From Pristiophorus japonicus (Eukaryota): a stretch of 64,000 bases of DNA. The translations under genes were made by a program, and so were the position numbers. The stretch covers positions 146,072,001-146,136,000 of the forward strand of contig NC_091984.1 in assembly GCF_044704955.1 (NCBI RefSeq). The letters are read 5' to 3'. Of the stretch, positions 39,815 through 52,272 are shown piece after piece. The notes beneath the pieces are model-generated. The model was not told the origin of the DNA. It saw only the letters and a program-made list of their open reading frames with translations, and searched no databases. The first letter of the stretch is position 1, and each line of letters begins with the position of its first letter.

Positions 39815-40159
39815 TCAATATACACAGCGCCACCTCCTGTACTGACTCACCCCACAGTTATATATAATATATAATAATGGACACACAGCCCCACCTCCTG
39901 TACGGTTTTATACATGACTGACACACAGCTGGATGGGAGTGACGGCAGGAATATTCAGCTGGAAGCTGCAGTGAATTGGGAAAGGATGGAGTGGGTCAGA
40001 GAGGAGTTGGGGCTGTGTCTTCATCACTGAGAATCTCACAGCTCTACTCTGTACATTCAGACAGCACGGAGACACTGGGTGGTCCCTGTGTCCTCAATCC
40101 AAATAATCTCACAAACCCCCCACTATTGAGAGGGCCACAACTTATAAAACCCAAAGTAT

Positions 40160-40830
40160 AAACATGAAAGTGAAATGGTCGTGCTCTTTCCCTGCCCACC
40201 CCACACTTAAGGCCCTGCGGTGCCCACCCGTCGCAGAAGGCCTCAGGCCTACCCTGGGCTCCGTCCCCAGGTCCACCCGGGCGTGGACAAAGCCCCCGAA
40301 GGGAGACAGGCAGGCAGTGCGGCCACACCATGGGCCCCTTCCAACTGGGACCTGTGGATGGTCACCTCCGACCTGCCCACTCCACCCGCAGCGGGTGACC
40401 AGACCCAGGAGCAGGCCCACGGTGAGGCCCTCCGACCTGCCCACTCCCCCCCCGCAGCGGGTGACCAGGCCCAGGAGCAGGCCCACGGGGAGGCCCTCCG
40501 ACCTGCCCACTCCCCCGGCACTGGGTGGCCAGACCCAGGAGCAGGCCCACGGGGAGGCCCTCCGACCTGCCCACTCCCCCCCCGCACCGGGTGACCAGGC
40601 CCAGGAGCGTGGGACTGAAGTGGAGCCAGAAATTGAGGAGCAGCCCCTTCAAATAGTGGAAGAGGGGCTGCATCCTCTCACACTCCACGTACACACGGGT
40701 CACGGACTGAGGAAACAGGTTTCTAAAGCCCCTGAAACTCGTTATTTTATAATGATCCCGAGAAAGGCCTGTGTCAGCAACATAAACATCTCGCTTGCAG
40801 ACAGAGCCCGTTGTTCAAGGGGCACAAAGA
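40160..40830 (-). mobile_element. L1/Tx1 LINE 3' fragment between V and J, with ~65-bp internal tandem repeats
   Basis: YLKGLLLNFWLHFSPTLL and GRSEGLPVGLLLG match the Tx1 ORF2 end at 47536-47916. Confidence 0.8.
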
Positions 40831-40980
40831 GGTGAGCCCTGTGTGAGGGGGACTTTCATTCTCCAGCAATTCCGTGGCCCCAGGGTTACCGTCTGATGGG
40901 GCGGGAAGGGCAGCTGGGAGATTTGTCCCAAACACGTCGGATCCCCAACTCTCCCGGGCACTGCCACAGGCAACTCGGAC

Positions 40981-41300
40981 ACAGAGAGAGAGGGAGGGAG
41001 GGAGAGTGTGAGTGAAGGAGTGAGAGAAAGAGAGTGAGAGGGAGAGAAAGAGAGTGAGAGGGAGGGAAAGAGAGACTGAGGGAGAGAGAGAGATCGAGGG
41101 AGTAAGTGAGAGAGGGAGTGAGTGAGGGGAAGATGCAGAGAGAGAGTGAAGGAGAAAGGGTGAGAGAGAGAGAGAGAGAGAAAATATGAAGGAGAGTGAG
41201 AGAGAAACCAAGAGAGCAACAGATAGAGTGAGACACTGAGAAAGAGACAGAGGGAGACACACACACACACACACACAGACAAAGAGAGGGGGAGAGAGAC
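40981..41300. repeat. (GA)n/(CA)n low-complexity tract upstream of J
   Basis: Directly visible in the sequence. Confidence 0.9.
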
Positions 41301-41319
41301 TGAATGAGCCAGGGACGGA

Positions 41320-41358
41320 TGATATTGTACAGCCGCTGCACTGGAAACTGTCACTGTG
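41320..41358 (-). other. J recombination signal sequence (23-RSS), degenerate nonamer
   Basis: On the + strand: TGATATTGT + 23 nt + CACTGTG (consensus heptamer CACAGTG on the - strand). Confidence 0.9.
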
Positions 41359-41393
41359 GCTCACGTTCGGTAAAGGAACCAAGCTCAGACTGA
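41359..41393 (+). CDS. IGKJ: Ig light-chain J segment
   Basis: LTFGKGTKLRL with the FGxG motif; phase-1 donor GTAAGT at 41394, in frame with the C exon. Confidence 0.95.
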
Positions 41394-42494
41394 GTAAGTA
41401 AACCCAATGCTCCGTTATTAACACTTTAAATACTGAATCTTTCTAAGACACAAATGCTGAATATGCGAAGGTGTTTGTTTACATATGATTACATTTGATC
41501 CGTCCATCTTTCCTCATCTAAATCTATCAGCATAACCCTCTATTCCCTTCTCCCTCTATTCCCTTCTCCCTCATATCCCTGTCTAGCCTCCCCTTAAATA
41601 CATCGATACTATTCACTTCAATCACTCCCTGTGGTAGCCAGTTCTACATTCTCACCACTCGCTGGGTAAAGAATTTTCTCCTGAATTACCGATTGGATTT
41701 CTTGCTGACTATCTTATATTGATGGCCTCTAGTTCTGCTCTTCCCCACAAGTGGAAACACTCTCTCTGTATCCACTCTATCAAATCCTTTCCCAATGTTA
41801 AAGACCTCCATCAGGTCACCCCTCAGCCTCAAAAGAAAAGAGCCCCAGCCTGTTCATCCTTTCCTGATATGTGCACCCTCGCATTTCTGGTCCCATCCTT
41901 GTAAACCTTCTCTGCACCCTCTCCAGTGCCTGTGTATGGGTTATATAATATGGTGGGGTGCTGCAGTGAATGAAAGGGTTAATTGAAGAGTGCTGTGTAT
42001 GACAGGCAGCCCGGCTGTATTCCTTTACCCACACTCCCCCTTCACCCAGCAAAGTATAAGTAACGAACTGTTACCCACCGTGTGGAGGAGATCTGGACGT
42101 TGGCACACTGCGGTCCCATCCCTGCACCATCCCCGGAAATCACTCCCTAGCCTCCTGCCTGTCTCAGTGTGACAGACACGGTGTGTGAGACACTGGCAGA
42201 GTGTGGGTGTGAGTGAGTGAGCTCGCTGGGGGCAGTCTGTGCTCCTGTCAGAGTCTCTGATATAACTGAGCTCAGCCTCAGCACACTGACACTCCCGAGG
42301 TCCCGCCTCCCCCAGCTCCAACTCTGATCTGTCCAGCCCCCGCTCACCTCCTGTCCAACTTCTGATCACAAACAGGGGCAGCAGGGCTCGCAATCCGGCG
42401 GCTGCAGTGCTCCAGGGTTGTGGGGAGACTCTCAGTTGCTGTTTCTGTGGCTCGAGTTCAGGCCGATATTTATCCCGCAACCTACATCACTTAA

Positions 42495-44430
42495 ACATAG
42501 AAAATAGGAGCAGTAGTAGGCCATTCGGCCCTTTGAGTCTGCACTGACATTCAATATGATCATGTTTGATCCCCTGTCTCAACACCATATTCCAGCTTTT
42601 TCCCTTTGCCCCTTGATGCCTTTTGTAAGCCATGGGGTAAGCCATTTAGGACCGAGATGAGGAGAAACTTCTTCACCCAGAGAGTGGTGAACCTGTGGAA
42701 TTCTCTACCACAGAAAGTTGTTGAGGCCAATTTACTAAATATATTCAAAAAGGAGTTAGATGAAGTCCTTACTACTAGGGGGATCAAGGGGTATGGCAAG
42801 AAAGCAGGAATGGGGTACTGAAGTTGCATGTTCAGCCATGAACTCATTGAATGGTGGTGCAGGCTAGAAGGGCCGAATGGCCTACTCCTGCACCTATTTT
42901 CTATGTTTCTATGTTTCTAGAAATCCATCAATCTGCCTCTTAAATATATTCAGTGACTTGGCCTCCACAGCCTTCTGTGGTGGAGAATTCCACAGGTTCT
43001 CCACCCTCTGAGTGAAAACATTTCTCCTCATCTCGGTCCTAAATTTCCTACCTCGTATCCTGAGATTGTGACCACTTATTCTAAACTTCCCAGCCCGGGA
43101 AAACATCCTCCCCAGATCCAGTCTATCCAACCCAGTCAGAATTTTATACGTTTCACTGAGATCCCCTCATTCTTCTAAACTCTAGTGACTGCAGGCCCAG
43201 TCGACCCAATCTCTTTTTATACGACAGTCCTGCCATCCCAGGAATCAGTCTGGTGAACCTTCGCTGCACTCCCTCTATGGCAAGGATATCCTTTCTTAGG
43301 TAAGGAGACCAAAGCTGCACATAATACTCCAGGTGCGGTCTCACCAAGGCCCTGTAGTAAGACCTCGTTGCTCAAATCCTCTTGCAATGAAGGCCAAAGT
43401 ACCATTTGCTTTCCTAACTGCTTGCTGCACCTGTATGTTTGCTTTCACTGACTGGTGTACAAGGACACCCAGGTCCCTCTGTACATCGACACTTCACAAA
43501 CCATCATCATTTAAATAATACTTTGTCCTTATGTTTTTCCTACCAAAGTGAGTAACTTCACATTTATCCACAATATGTTACATCTGTCATGTGTTTGCTC
43601 ACTCACTCAACCTATCTAAGTTTCATTGCATCCTCCTCACAACTCATAATCCCATCTAATTTTGTGCTGTCAGCAAACTTGGAAATATTACATTTGGTTC
43701 CCTCATTCAAATCATTTATTTATACATTGTGAATAGCTGGGGCCCAAGCACTGATCCCTGTGGTACCCCACTTGTCACTGCCCGCCACCCTGAAACACAC
43801 CCATTTATTCCGACTGCTTCCTGTCAGTTAACCAATTTTCAATCATGCCAATACATTACCCACAATCCTATGTGCTTTAATTTTGCACACTAACCTCTTT
43901 TGTGGGATTTTTATCGAAAGCCTTCTGAAAATCCAAATACACTACATCCACTGGTTCTCTATTATCTATTCTATCAGTTAGATCCTCAAAAAACTCCAGT
44001 AGGTTACTTTCATAAATCCACGTGACTGTCTTTAACCCCGTTGATGTTATCTAAGTGCGCCGTTATCACATCCTTTATAATAGACTCTAGCATTTTCCCT
44101 ATTAATGACCGGTCTGTCGTTCCCCGTTCTTTCTCCCTCCTTTTTTAAATAGTGTGATTAAATTTGCCACCCTCCAATCTGCAGGAACTGCTCCATAATC
44201 TATAGAATTTTGGAAGATGACAACCAATGCATCTACTATTTCCATGGCTACCTCTTTTGATACTCTGGGATGCAGATCATCAGACCCTGGGGATTTATCG
44301 GCCTTCAGGCCCATTAGTTTCTCCAGCACTATTTTCTTACTAATAATCATTTCCTTTAATTCCTCTTGTTCACTGGACCCATGTTTCCCGAGCATTTCTG
44401 GGAAGTTATTTGTATCCTCTTCCGTGAAGA
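42495..44430 (-). mobile_element. CR1 LINE fragments in the J-C intron
   Basis: KSPGSDDLHP and RPHLEYYVQLWSP motifs; includes a nested + strand 3' end at ~42630-42915. Confidence 0.85.
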
Positions 44431-44719
44431 GATCATTTACCTCAGTGCTGTGTGTGGGAGCTTGCTGTGCACAAATTGGTTCCCGTGTTGGCCACATTAC
44501 AACAGTGACTACACTTCAAAATGTACTTCATTGGCTGTGAAGCACTTTGGGACATCCTGAGGTGTGAAAGGTGCAATATAAATGCAGGTCTTTCTTTAAT
44601 TTCTCTTTTCTTTTTATTAACTGGGACTCGCACAATTTCCCTCTGATTAAACTTGGACCCAGCAGAAAATCCCCAGATCACGGACTAACGTTCCATAAGA
44701 ACATTAGGAGCAAGAGGAG

Positions 44720-46080
44720 GCCATTTGGCCCCTCGAGCCTGCTCCACCATTCAATGAGATCATGGCTGATCTTCTACCTCAACTCCACTTTCCTGCACTA
44801 TCCCCATATCCCTCGATCCCTTAATATCCAAAAATCTATCGATCTCCGGAATATACTCAAGGACTGAGCCTCCACAGCCCTCTGGGGTAGAGAATTCCAG
44901 AGATTCACCACCCTCTGAGTGAAGAGGTTTCTCCTCATCTCAGTCCTAAATGGTCGACCCCTTATTCTGAGACTGTGACCCCTGGTTCTAGACTTCCCAG
45001 CCAGAGGAAACATCCTCCCTGCATCTACCCTGTCAAGCCCTGTCATAATATTGTATGTTTCAATGAGATCCCCTCTCATTCTTCGAAACACTAGAGAATA
45101 TAGGCCGAGTATACTCAATCTCTCCATAGGACAATCCCCCCATCCCAGATGTCCGTCTGATGTGTCTGTGTGTTTGTCACACGTGACGGAGCAGATGTTC
45201 CACCAGCAACACAGGACGTTACCTCAGTGCCCGGCCCACTTTCCCCATCCACTTACCATATTCTTACCGGTAAACGGGCTCAGCACCTGCCCTCGGCCGG
45301 TGAAATGTCTCCCCTCTACACCACAGGCTGCCCGTCATCTGCTCCCTATCTCACTCCTGAAGGCACTTCCTCTGGCTGGGGCTCAGCTCCTCTCCCCAAG
45401 TGGGCCCACTGTCCCAGTGTGAGCCCAGAGACTGAGCTCCCCAAGTGGCCTCATTGTCCCAGTGTGAGCCCAGAGACTGAGCTCCCCAAGTGGCCTCATT
45501 GTCCCAGTGTGAGTCCAGAGAGTGAGTGTGTCAGGCTAATCGACCGTGAGGTGTCAGCCGTGGCTCAGTCGCTAGCATGCTCGGCTCTGAGAAAAGGAAG
45601 ATTTGCATTTATATAGCGCCTTTCACGACCACCAGACATCCCAAAGTGCTTTACAGCCAATGAAGTACTTTTTGAAGTGTACTCACTGTTGTAATGTGGG
45701 AAACTCAACAGCCAATTTGTGCACAGCAAGCTCCCACAAACAGCAATGTGCTGATGACCAAATAACCTGTTTTTGTTATGTTGATAGTGGGATAAATATT
45801 GGCCAGGACACCGGAGTTTGATTTGAACCCACAATCTCTGACTCAGAAGCGAGGGTGGTTCCAACTGAGCCACTGGCTGACACCATTCGGCCCATCGTGT
45901 CCGTGCCAGCCGACAAAGATCTATCCAGCCTAATCCCACTTTCCAGCTCTGGGTCCGTAGCTCTGTAGGTTATGGCACTTCAAGTGCACATCCAAGTACT
46001 ACTTAAATGTGGTGAGGGTTTCTGCCTCTACCACCCTTTCAGGTAGTGAGTTCCAGACCCTCACCACCCTCTGGGTGAAA
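44720..46080. repeat. J-C intron segment duplicated directly at ~56210-57500
   Basis: ORFs 45170-45616 and 56565-57086 are near-identical, with the same CR1/unique/SINE junctions. Confidence 0.88.
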
Positions 46081-46169
46081 AGGATTCTCCTCAACTACCC
46101 TCTAATCGTTCTATCAATTACTTTAAATCTGTGACACCTGGTTAGTGACCCTACTGCAGAGGGAAATAG

Positions 46170-47950
46170 GTCTTGTCCGCTTCCTCCGCCAGGATCAACT
46201 GAGAAATGTTCCGCACTCCTGGTGGGTCAGTGGCAGGTGGACTCCCTGCCGGAGGAGCTCAGGCCTTTTGCCTAGAGCATGACCCATCTCCTCTATCTGG
46301 GAGTCTACCTTAGCCCTGACGAGGAAGCCTGGCCGGCGAACTGCCAGGAGCTGGAGGCCAAAGTCGCCGCTCACCGAGGGCGCTGGACAGGACTGCTCTG
46401 AGTGCTGTCCTACAGGGGTCCAGTGCCATCATAAACCAGCTGGTGGCCTCTATGCTGTGGTACCGGCTGGTCACTTTGACCCCTCCCCCTGCGTTTGTCG
46501 CCAAGATACAGAAGAAGCTGGTGGACTTCTTCTGGAACAACAGGAAACATTGGGTCTTTGCTGCGGTTTTAAGTCTCCCGCTCAGGGAGGGCGGTCAGGC
46601 GTTGGTGTGCATCAGTACCCAGCATGCGACTTTCCATCTTCAGACCATACAGAGATACCTGTACGTCGAGCCCCCTCCTACGTGCGTTGGGGACGTATTT
46701 CTTCCGCCAGCAGTACTGCCTCAATTATGACACGCAGCTCCTGTTTCTGAGCCTGGGAGGCATCAGGACCCCCATACGGGGGCTTCCTGTCTTTTACCAG
46801 GAATTCATCAGAGTCTGGAACAGAGTCGCCACCAAGCGCAGGTCTCCCCCGTCTGGAGTGGCAGCTGTCCTGCAGGAGCCGCTGCTCAGGAATCTGTACC
46901 TCCATGACCGTGGTTTTAGGTGGCAGGCAGACGAGAGTGCTGTGGCTGGCGAGGTGACCAGGGTCAGGGATCTGCTCGATGACGGAGGAGCGGGCTGGGT
47001 GGTGCCAGACGTGGTAGGACGTTGCCTAAACTGCGTCAACATCCAGCGCGCGGCCAATGCCATCGAGTCGCTAAAAACAGCACTGGTCCCTGACTCCGTT
47101 AGGTGTGCCGAGGTGGCTCAAGCACGTGGGCCGATCCCCTCCAAACTGACCCCCATCCAGACAGAATTCCTCATCGCACCAAGCCCCGAAACCTCCTTTG
47201 GGAGCCGGCGCCTCCCATCTTGAGCCTCCTCGGGGAAATCACCTCCGTGCCTTTCACTTCTGCGCGGAGGGGTTTCCTGTACAGGCTGCTCCTGCACACT
47301 ATCCACCTTTCCACCCTCGTCTGCCGTCCAGACACGCCATGGCATACCATCTTGTCGTCCAGAGGAGGCGGGCGTCCCCAGTGGAGTGCACTCTACGCGG
47401 GAGTCCTCCCTCTATTTATTGGGGACTTGGCCTGGAGGGTGTTGCACGGAGCAGTCCCATGCAATAAGTTTTTAAGTCGGTTCACGGGCTCCCAGGCCGC
47501 CTGCAATTTCTGCTGTCTGGAAGAGTCCGTGTTCCTTGTTTTTATTGGAGTGTGTGAGGTTGCAGTCCCTCTTCTGTTATTTGAAGGGGCTGCTCCTCAA
47601 ATTCTGGTTGCACTTCAGTCCCATACTCCTGATCTTTGGGCACCCTGTGCGGAGAGGAGCGGGCAGGTCAGAAGGCCTCCCCGTAGGACTGCTCCTGGGC
47701 ATGGCCAAGGGGGCCATCAGCCGGTCCAGGCAGCGGGCGGTCGAAGGGGTCGTTCATCCTGACTGCCTGCCTCTCTTCCGCGGTTACATCCGAGCCAGGG
47801 TGTCCCTGGAGATGGAGCACGCGGTGTCCACCGGTACGCTCGCGGCCTTCCGCGAGAGGTGGGCGCCGGAGGGACTGGAGTGCATCATCACCCCAGGCAA
47901 CCAAATTTTAATTTAATCATTTAAGTTTAAAGTTTAATTTGTTTAATTTG
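46170..47950 (+). mobile_element. L1/Tx1-clade LINE ORF2 3' half
   Basis: MLWYRLVTL, SLPLREGGQAL, DLAWRVLHGAVPCN and the CCHC-like ACNFC..EESV motif. Confidence 0.9.
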
Positions 47951-48119
47951 ACAGTTTTAGTGCCCCCCCTTTTTGGCCCGGGGACACTTGTATAATTTGT
48001 GTGTTGGTGCCCTCAAAAAAAACGGGCACTGGAAAAATGTATCTTGGTGTGTGACCGCCCCCCCCCCCCCGCCACCTTGCAGGGGGCATTCGTTTAAAGT
48101 GCACAAATAAAATAGTTGT

Positions 48120-50340
48120 GGGAAATAGGTCCTTCCTAACCACTCTATCTCGGCCCCTCATAATTTTATACACCTCAATTAAATCTCCCCTCAGCCTCCT
48201 CTGCTCCAAAGAAAATAACCCAGCCTATCCAATCTTTCATCATAACTAAAATGTTCCAGTCCTGGTAACATCCTCGTAAATCTCCTTTGTACTCTAGCTG
48301 TGGCCTAACTAGTATTTTAAACAGTTATAGCATAACCTTTCTGCTCTTACATTCAATGCCACGACTAATAAAGGCAAGTATCCCATCTGCCTTCTTAGCC
48401 ACCTTATCTACCTGGCCTGCTATCTTCAGGGATCTGTGGACCTGCACTCCAAGGTCCTCTACACTTCTCAGGGTCCTACCATTTAATGTGTCTTCCCTTG
48501 CCTTGTTAGCCTTCCTCAAATGCATTACCTCACAGTTCTCTGGATTGAAATCCATTTGCCACTGTTCTGCCCACCTGACCAGTCCATTGATACCTTCCTG
48601 CAGTCTACAGCTTTCTTCCTCACTATCATCTGCAAACTTCTTAATCATGTTCCCGACATTGAAGTCTAAATCATTGGTGTATATTACAAAGAGTAAGGGA
48701 CTTAGTACTGAGCCCTGCGGAACCCCACTCGAAACAGCCTTCCAGTCACAAAAACACCCGTTGACCATTACACTTGGCTTCCTGCCACTAAGCCAATTTT
48801 GGATCCAACTTGCTACTTTCCCTTGGATCCCATGGGATTTTACTTTTCTGCCACGTGAGACTTTGCCAAATGCCTTGCAAAAATCCATGTAGACTACATC
48901 AAAGGTGCAACACTCATCGACCCTCCTTGTTATCTCCGCAAAAAATTCACTCAAGTTAGTCAGGCACGACCTTCCCTTAACAAATCCATGCTGACTGTCC
49001 TTGATTAATCTGTCGCTTTCTATATGACAATTTATCCTCTCCCTCAGAATTGTTTCCAATAATTTTCCCACCACCGAGGTTAGGCTGACTGGCCTGTAAT
49101 TACTCGGTCTATCCCTTTCTCACTTTTTAAACAAAGGTACACGTTAGCAGTCCTCCAGTCCTCCGACACCACACCTGGAGCCAGAGAGGATTGGAAAATG
49201 ATGGTCAGAGCCTCTGCTATTTCCTCCCTTGCTTCTCTTAACAACCTGGGATACATTTGATCTGGGCCTGGTGATTTATCCACTTTCAAAGCTGCTAAGC
49301 CCCTCAATACTTCCTCTCTCACTATGTTTATCTCATCTCATATTTCACACTTCTCCTTAATTACAATGCCTGCATCGTGCCTCTCTTCTGTGAAGACAGG
49401 TGCAAATTATTCACAAAGAACCATACCCACGTCTTCCGTCTCCACACACAGGTTATCTTTTTGGTCTCCAATAGGCCCCACTCTTGCCTTGCTCTTTATG
49501 TATTTATAAAACATCTTTGGGTTTTCCTTGATATTACTTGCCAATATGTTTTCATGCCCTCTCTTTGCATTCCTAATTTCCTTTTTAATTTCACCCCTGC
49601 ACTTTCTATACTTCTCTGGGCTTTCTGCAGTATTTAGCTCTGGGTATCTGACATCAGCTTCCCTTTTTTGCCTTATCCTACCCTGTATGACATGTGCCAT
49701 CCAGGGGGCTCTAAATTTGGGAGTGCCACCCTTTTCCTTTTTTAGGAACATACTTGCTCTGAACCCTCACTATCTCCCCGTTGAATACCTCCCACTGCTC
49801 TGACACTGATTTACCTTCAAGTAGCTGTTTCCAGCCCACTTTTGCTAAATCACCTCTCAGCTTAGTAAAATGGGCCTTTCCCCAATTGAGAACCTTTATT
49901 CCTGCTCTATCTTTGTCCTTTTTCATAACTACACTAAATCTAACTGAATTATAATCACTGGCACCAAAATGCTCTCCCACTGATACCCCTTCCACCTGCC
50001 CAGCTTCATTCCCTAAAACTAAGCCCAGAAACGACCCCTCCCTTGTTGGGCTTGCTACGTACTGGCTATAAAAGTTCTCCTGAATGCATTTGAAGAATTC
50101 TGCGACCTCTATACCTTTGACACTGATTCCATCCCAGTTAATGTGAGGGGAGTTGAAATCCCCGACTATTGCTGCCCGATTGTTTTTGACCTTCTCAGCA
50201 ATTTGCCGACATTTTCTTTTCCATCTCCCTCTGACTGTTTAGGGGTCTATAGTACACTCCCAGCAGTGTGATCGCCCCTTTTATGTTCATCAGTTTAACC
50301 CATATGGACTCATTTGATGATCCTTCTAACATATCATCCC
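48120..50340 (-). mobile_element. CR1 LINE ORF2 fragment
   Basis: ORF 48325-49074 with QHGFVKGRSCLTNL, YMDFCKAF and KFADD. Confidence 0.9.
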
Positions 50341-51564
50341 TCTGTCAGAGGTGCTGTCTTTCAGATAAGACGTTAAACTGAAGTCCCGTCTGCCCTCACA
50401 GGTGGACATGAAAGATCCCATAATCACTACTGGAAGTGCAAGGGGGTTCTTCCCAGTGTCCTGGCCAATATTTATCCCACAACCAACATAGTTAAAACTG
50501 ATGATCTGGTCATGATCTCATTGCAGTCTGGGAGCTTCATAGAATCAGATAAATTTACAGCATGAAAGGAGGCCATTTCGGCCCATCATGTCTGCGCTGG
50601 CCAACAAAGAGCTACCCAGCCTAATCCCACTTTCCAGCTCTGGGTCCGTAGTCCTGTGGGTTACGGCACTTCAAGTGTACATCCAAGTATTTCTTAAATG
50701 TGGTGAGGATTTCTGCCTCTACCATCCTTTCAGGCAGTGAGTTCCAGACCCCCACCACCCTCTGGGTGATGACATTTCCCCTCAAATCCCCAGTAAATCT
50801 CCTACCAATCACTTAAAATCTATGCCCTGGTTATTGATCCCGATGCTAAGGGAAATATGTCCGTCCTATCCATGCTATCTAGGGCCCTCATAATTTTATA
50901 CACCTCAATAAGGTCTCCCCTCAGCCTCCTCTGTTCCAAAGAAAACAACCCCAGCCTATCCAATCTTTCCTCATAGCTAAAATTTTGCAGTCCAGGCAAC
51001 ATCCTCGTAAACCTTCCTGTGTGCAATTGGTTGGAAAGCAACTTCGGAAGTCCTGAGGTTGTGAAAGGCGCTATATAAATTCAAGGCTTTCTTTCATTGA
51101 AGTGGGTGGGCCCTGATCCTGACCCTCAGCCATTGTCCGCGCGCTCTGACTCCCAGGAGGTCACGGGATCATTGGGAGCAGTGACCCTGCCTGACCCCGG
51201 TACACTGAGGCTAATTGTATCCTCACCCTTGACCTCACCCCGGTGCTGGGCAGCAAACTTTTAAATGCAATCTAGAAACTTCTACACCGACACCCAACAT
51301 GAACCCTTGCTGAAGTGTGTTTATACAAGTGTGCCGCAATGTTCCCGGATAAAGTTCTCCCGATCTGTGTGTGATCTGAGCTTTCTCACTGCTGAGCCTG
51401 TTTCCCCTGTATCCACCCATCTACAGTTCGAGCTTCCTGCCAGTGAACAGGGTCTTAATGGGACACTCAGTCTTTACCGACTCTTACTGTTAACCATTTC
51501 TGTGCTGAGTGTGTGCCAACCCTGCACTGTAGATGTTTATACAACGGTCCAATATGATTTTGCA

Positions 51565-52020
51565 TATCAGCTGTGGCTCAGTGCGTTGCACTCTCGCCTC
51601 GGAGTCAGAAGGTTGTGGGTTCAAGTCCCACTTTACGGACTTGAGCACAAAAATCTAGGCTGTCACTCCAGTGCAGTGCTGAGGGAGCTCCGCACTGTCG
51701 GAGAGGCCTTCTTTCGGATGAGACGTTAAACCGAGGGCCCGTTTGCCCTCTCAGGTGAATGTTAAAGATCCCATGCCACTATTTTGAAGAAGAGCAGGTG
51801 AGTTCTCCCCGGTGTCCTGGTCAATATTTATCGCTCAACCAACATGACAAAAGAACAGATTATCAGGTCGTTATCACATCGCTGTTTGTGGGAGCTTGCT
51901 GTGCACAATTTTGCTGCCGTGTTTCCCACATTGCAACAGTGACTACACTCCAAAAGTACTTCATTGGCTGTAAAACTCTTTGAGATGTACGGTGGTTGTG
52001 AAAGATGTAATATAAATGCA
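51565..52020 (+). mobile_element. tRNA-derived SINE (DeuSINE/SacSINE-like)
   Basis: A-box TGGCTCAGTG, B-box GGTTCAAGTCC and an L2-like 3' tail. Confidence 0.8.
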
Positions 52021-52272
52021 AGATTTTCTTTTTTTTTTAAATCACCTTAACATCAAACGCATTTATATTTAGATTAAACTGATCAAGCGAGGCAAAGAAG
52101 ATGAAGAATTAGTGTTGCTCACCTCTAATGGTTAATCACCAGCCAGGAGTTCATTAACCCAACTCTCCGTTATCAGATGTGAATTATCCCCACACGGAAA
52201 CACCCACAGTGACACACACACACACACACAGACTAATATACACCAATTAAACATCCTTCTCCTCCCTTTCAG

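Noticed and set aside
39442-39867. ORF-track 141-aa protein as the true V product
   Set aside because: The ORF starts in the leader intron and reads through the RSS; the real exon is 39485-39786.
39485-41393. Germline-joined VJ, as in some cartilaginous-fish light-chain clusters
   Set aside because: V and J are separate and each retains an RSS.
40774-41424. Long Ser/Leu-rich minus-strand ORFs
   Set aside because: Translation artefacts of the (GA)n tract.
45600-45610. Perfect octamer ATTTGCAT in the J-C intron
   Set aside because: It falls in a SINE/L2 tail where other copies read ACTTGCAT, including the duplicate at ~57024; likely a chance point mutation.
51570-51640. tRNA gene
   Set aside because: The A and B boxes belong to SINE heads, present in several copies with SINE bodies and tails.
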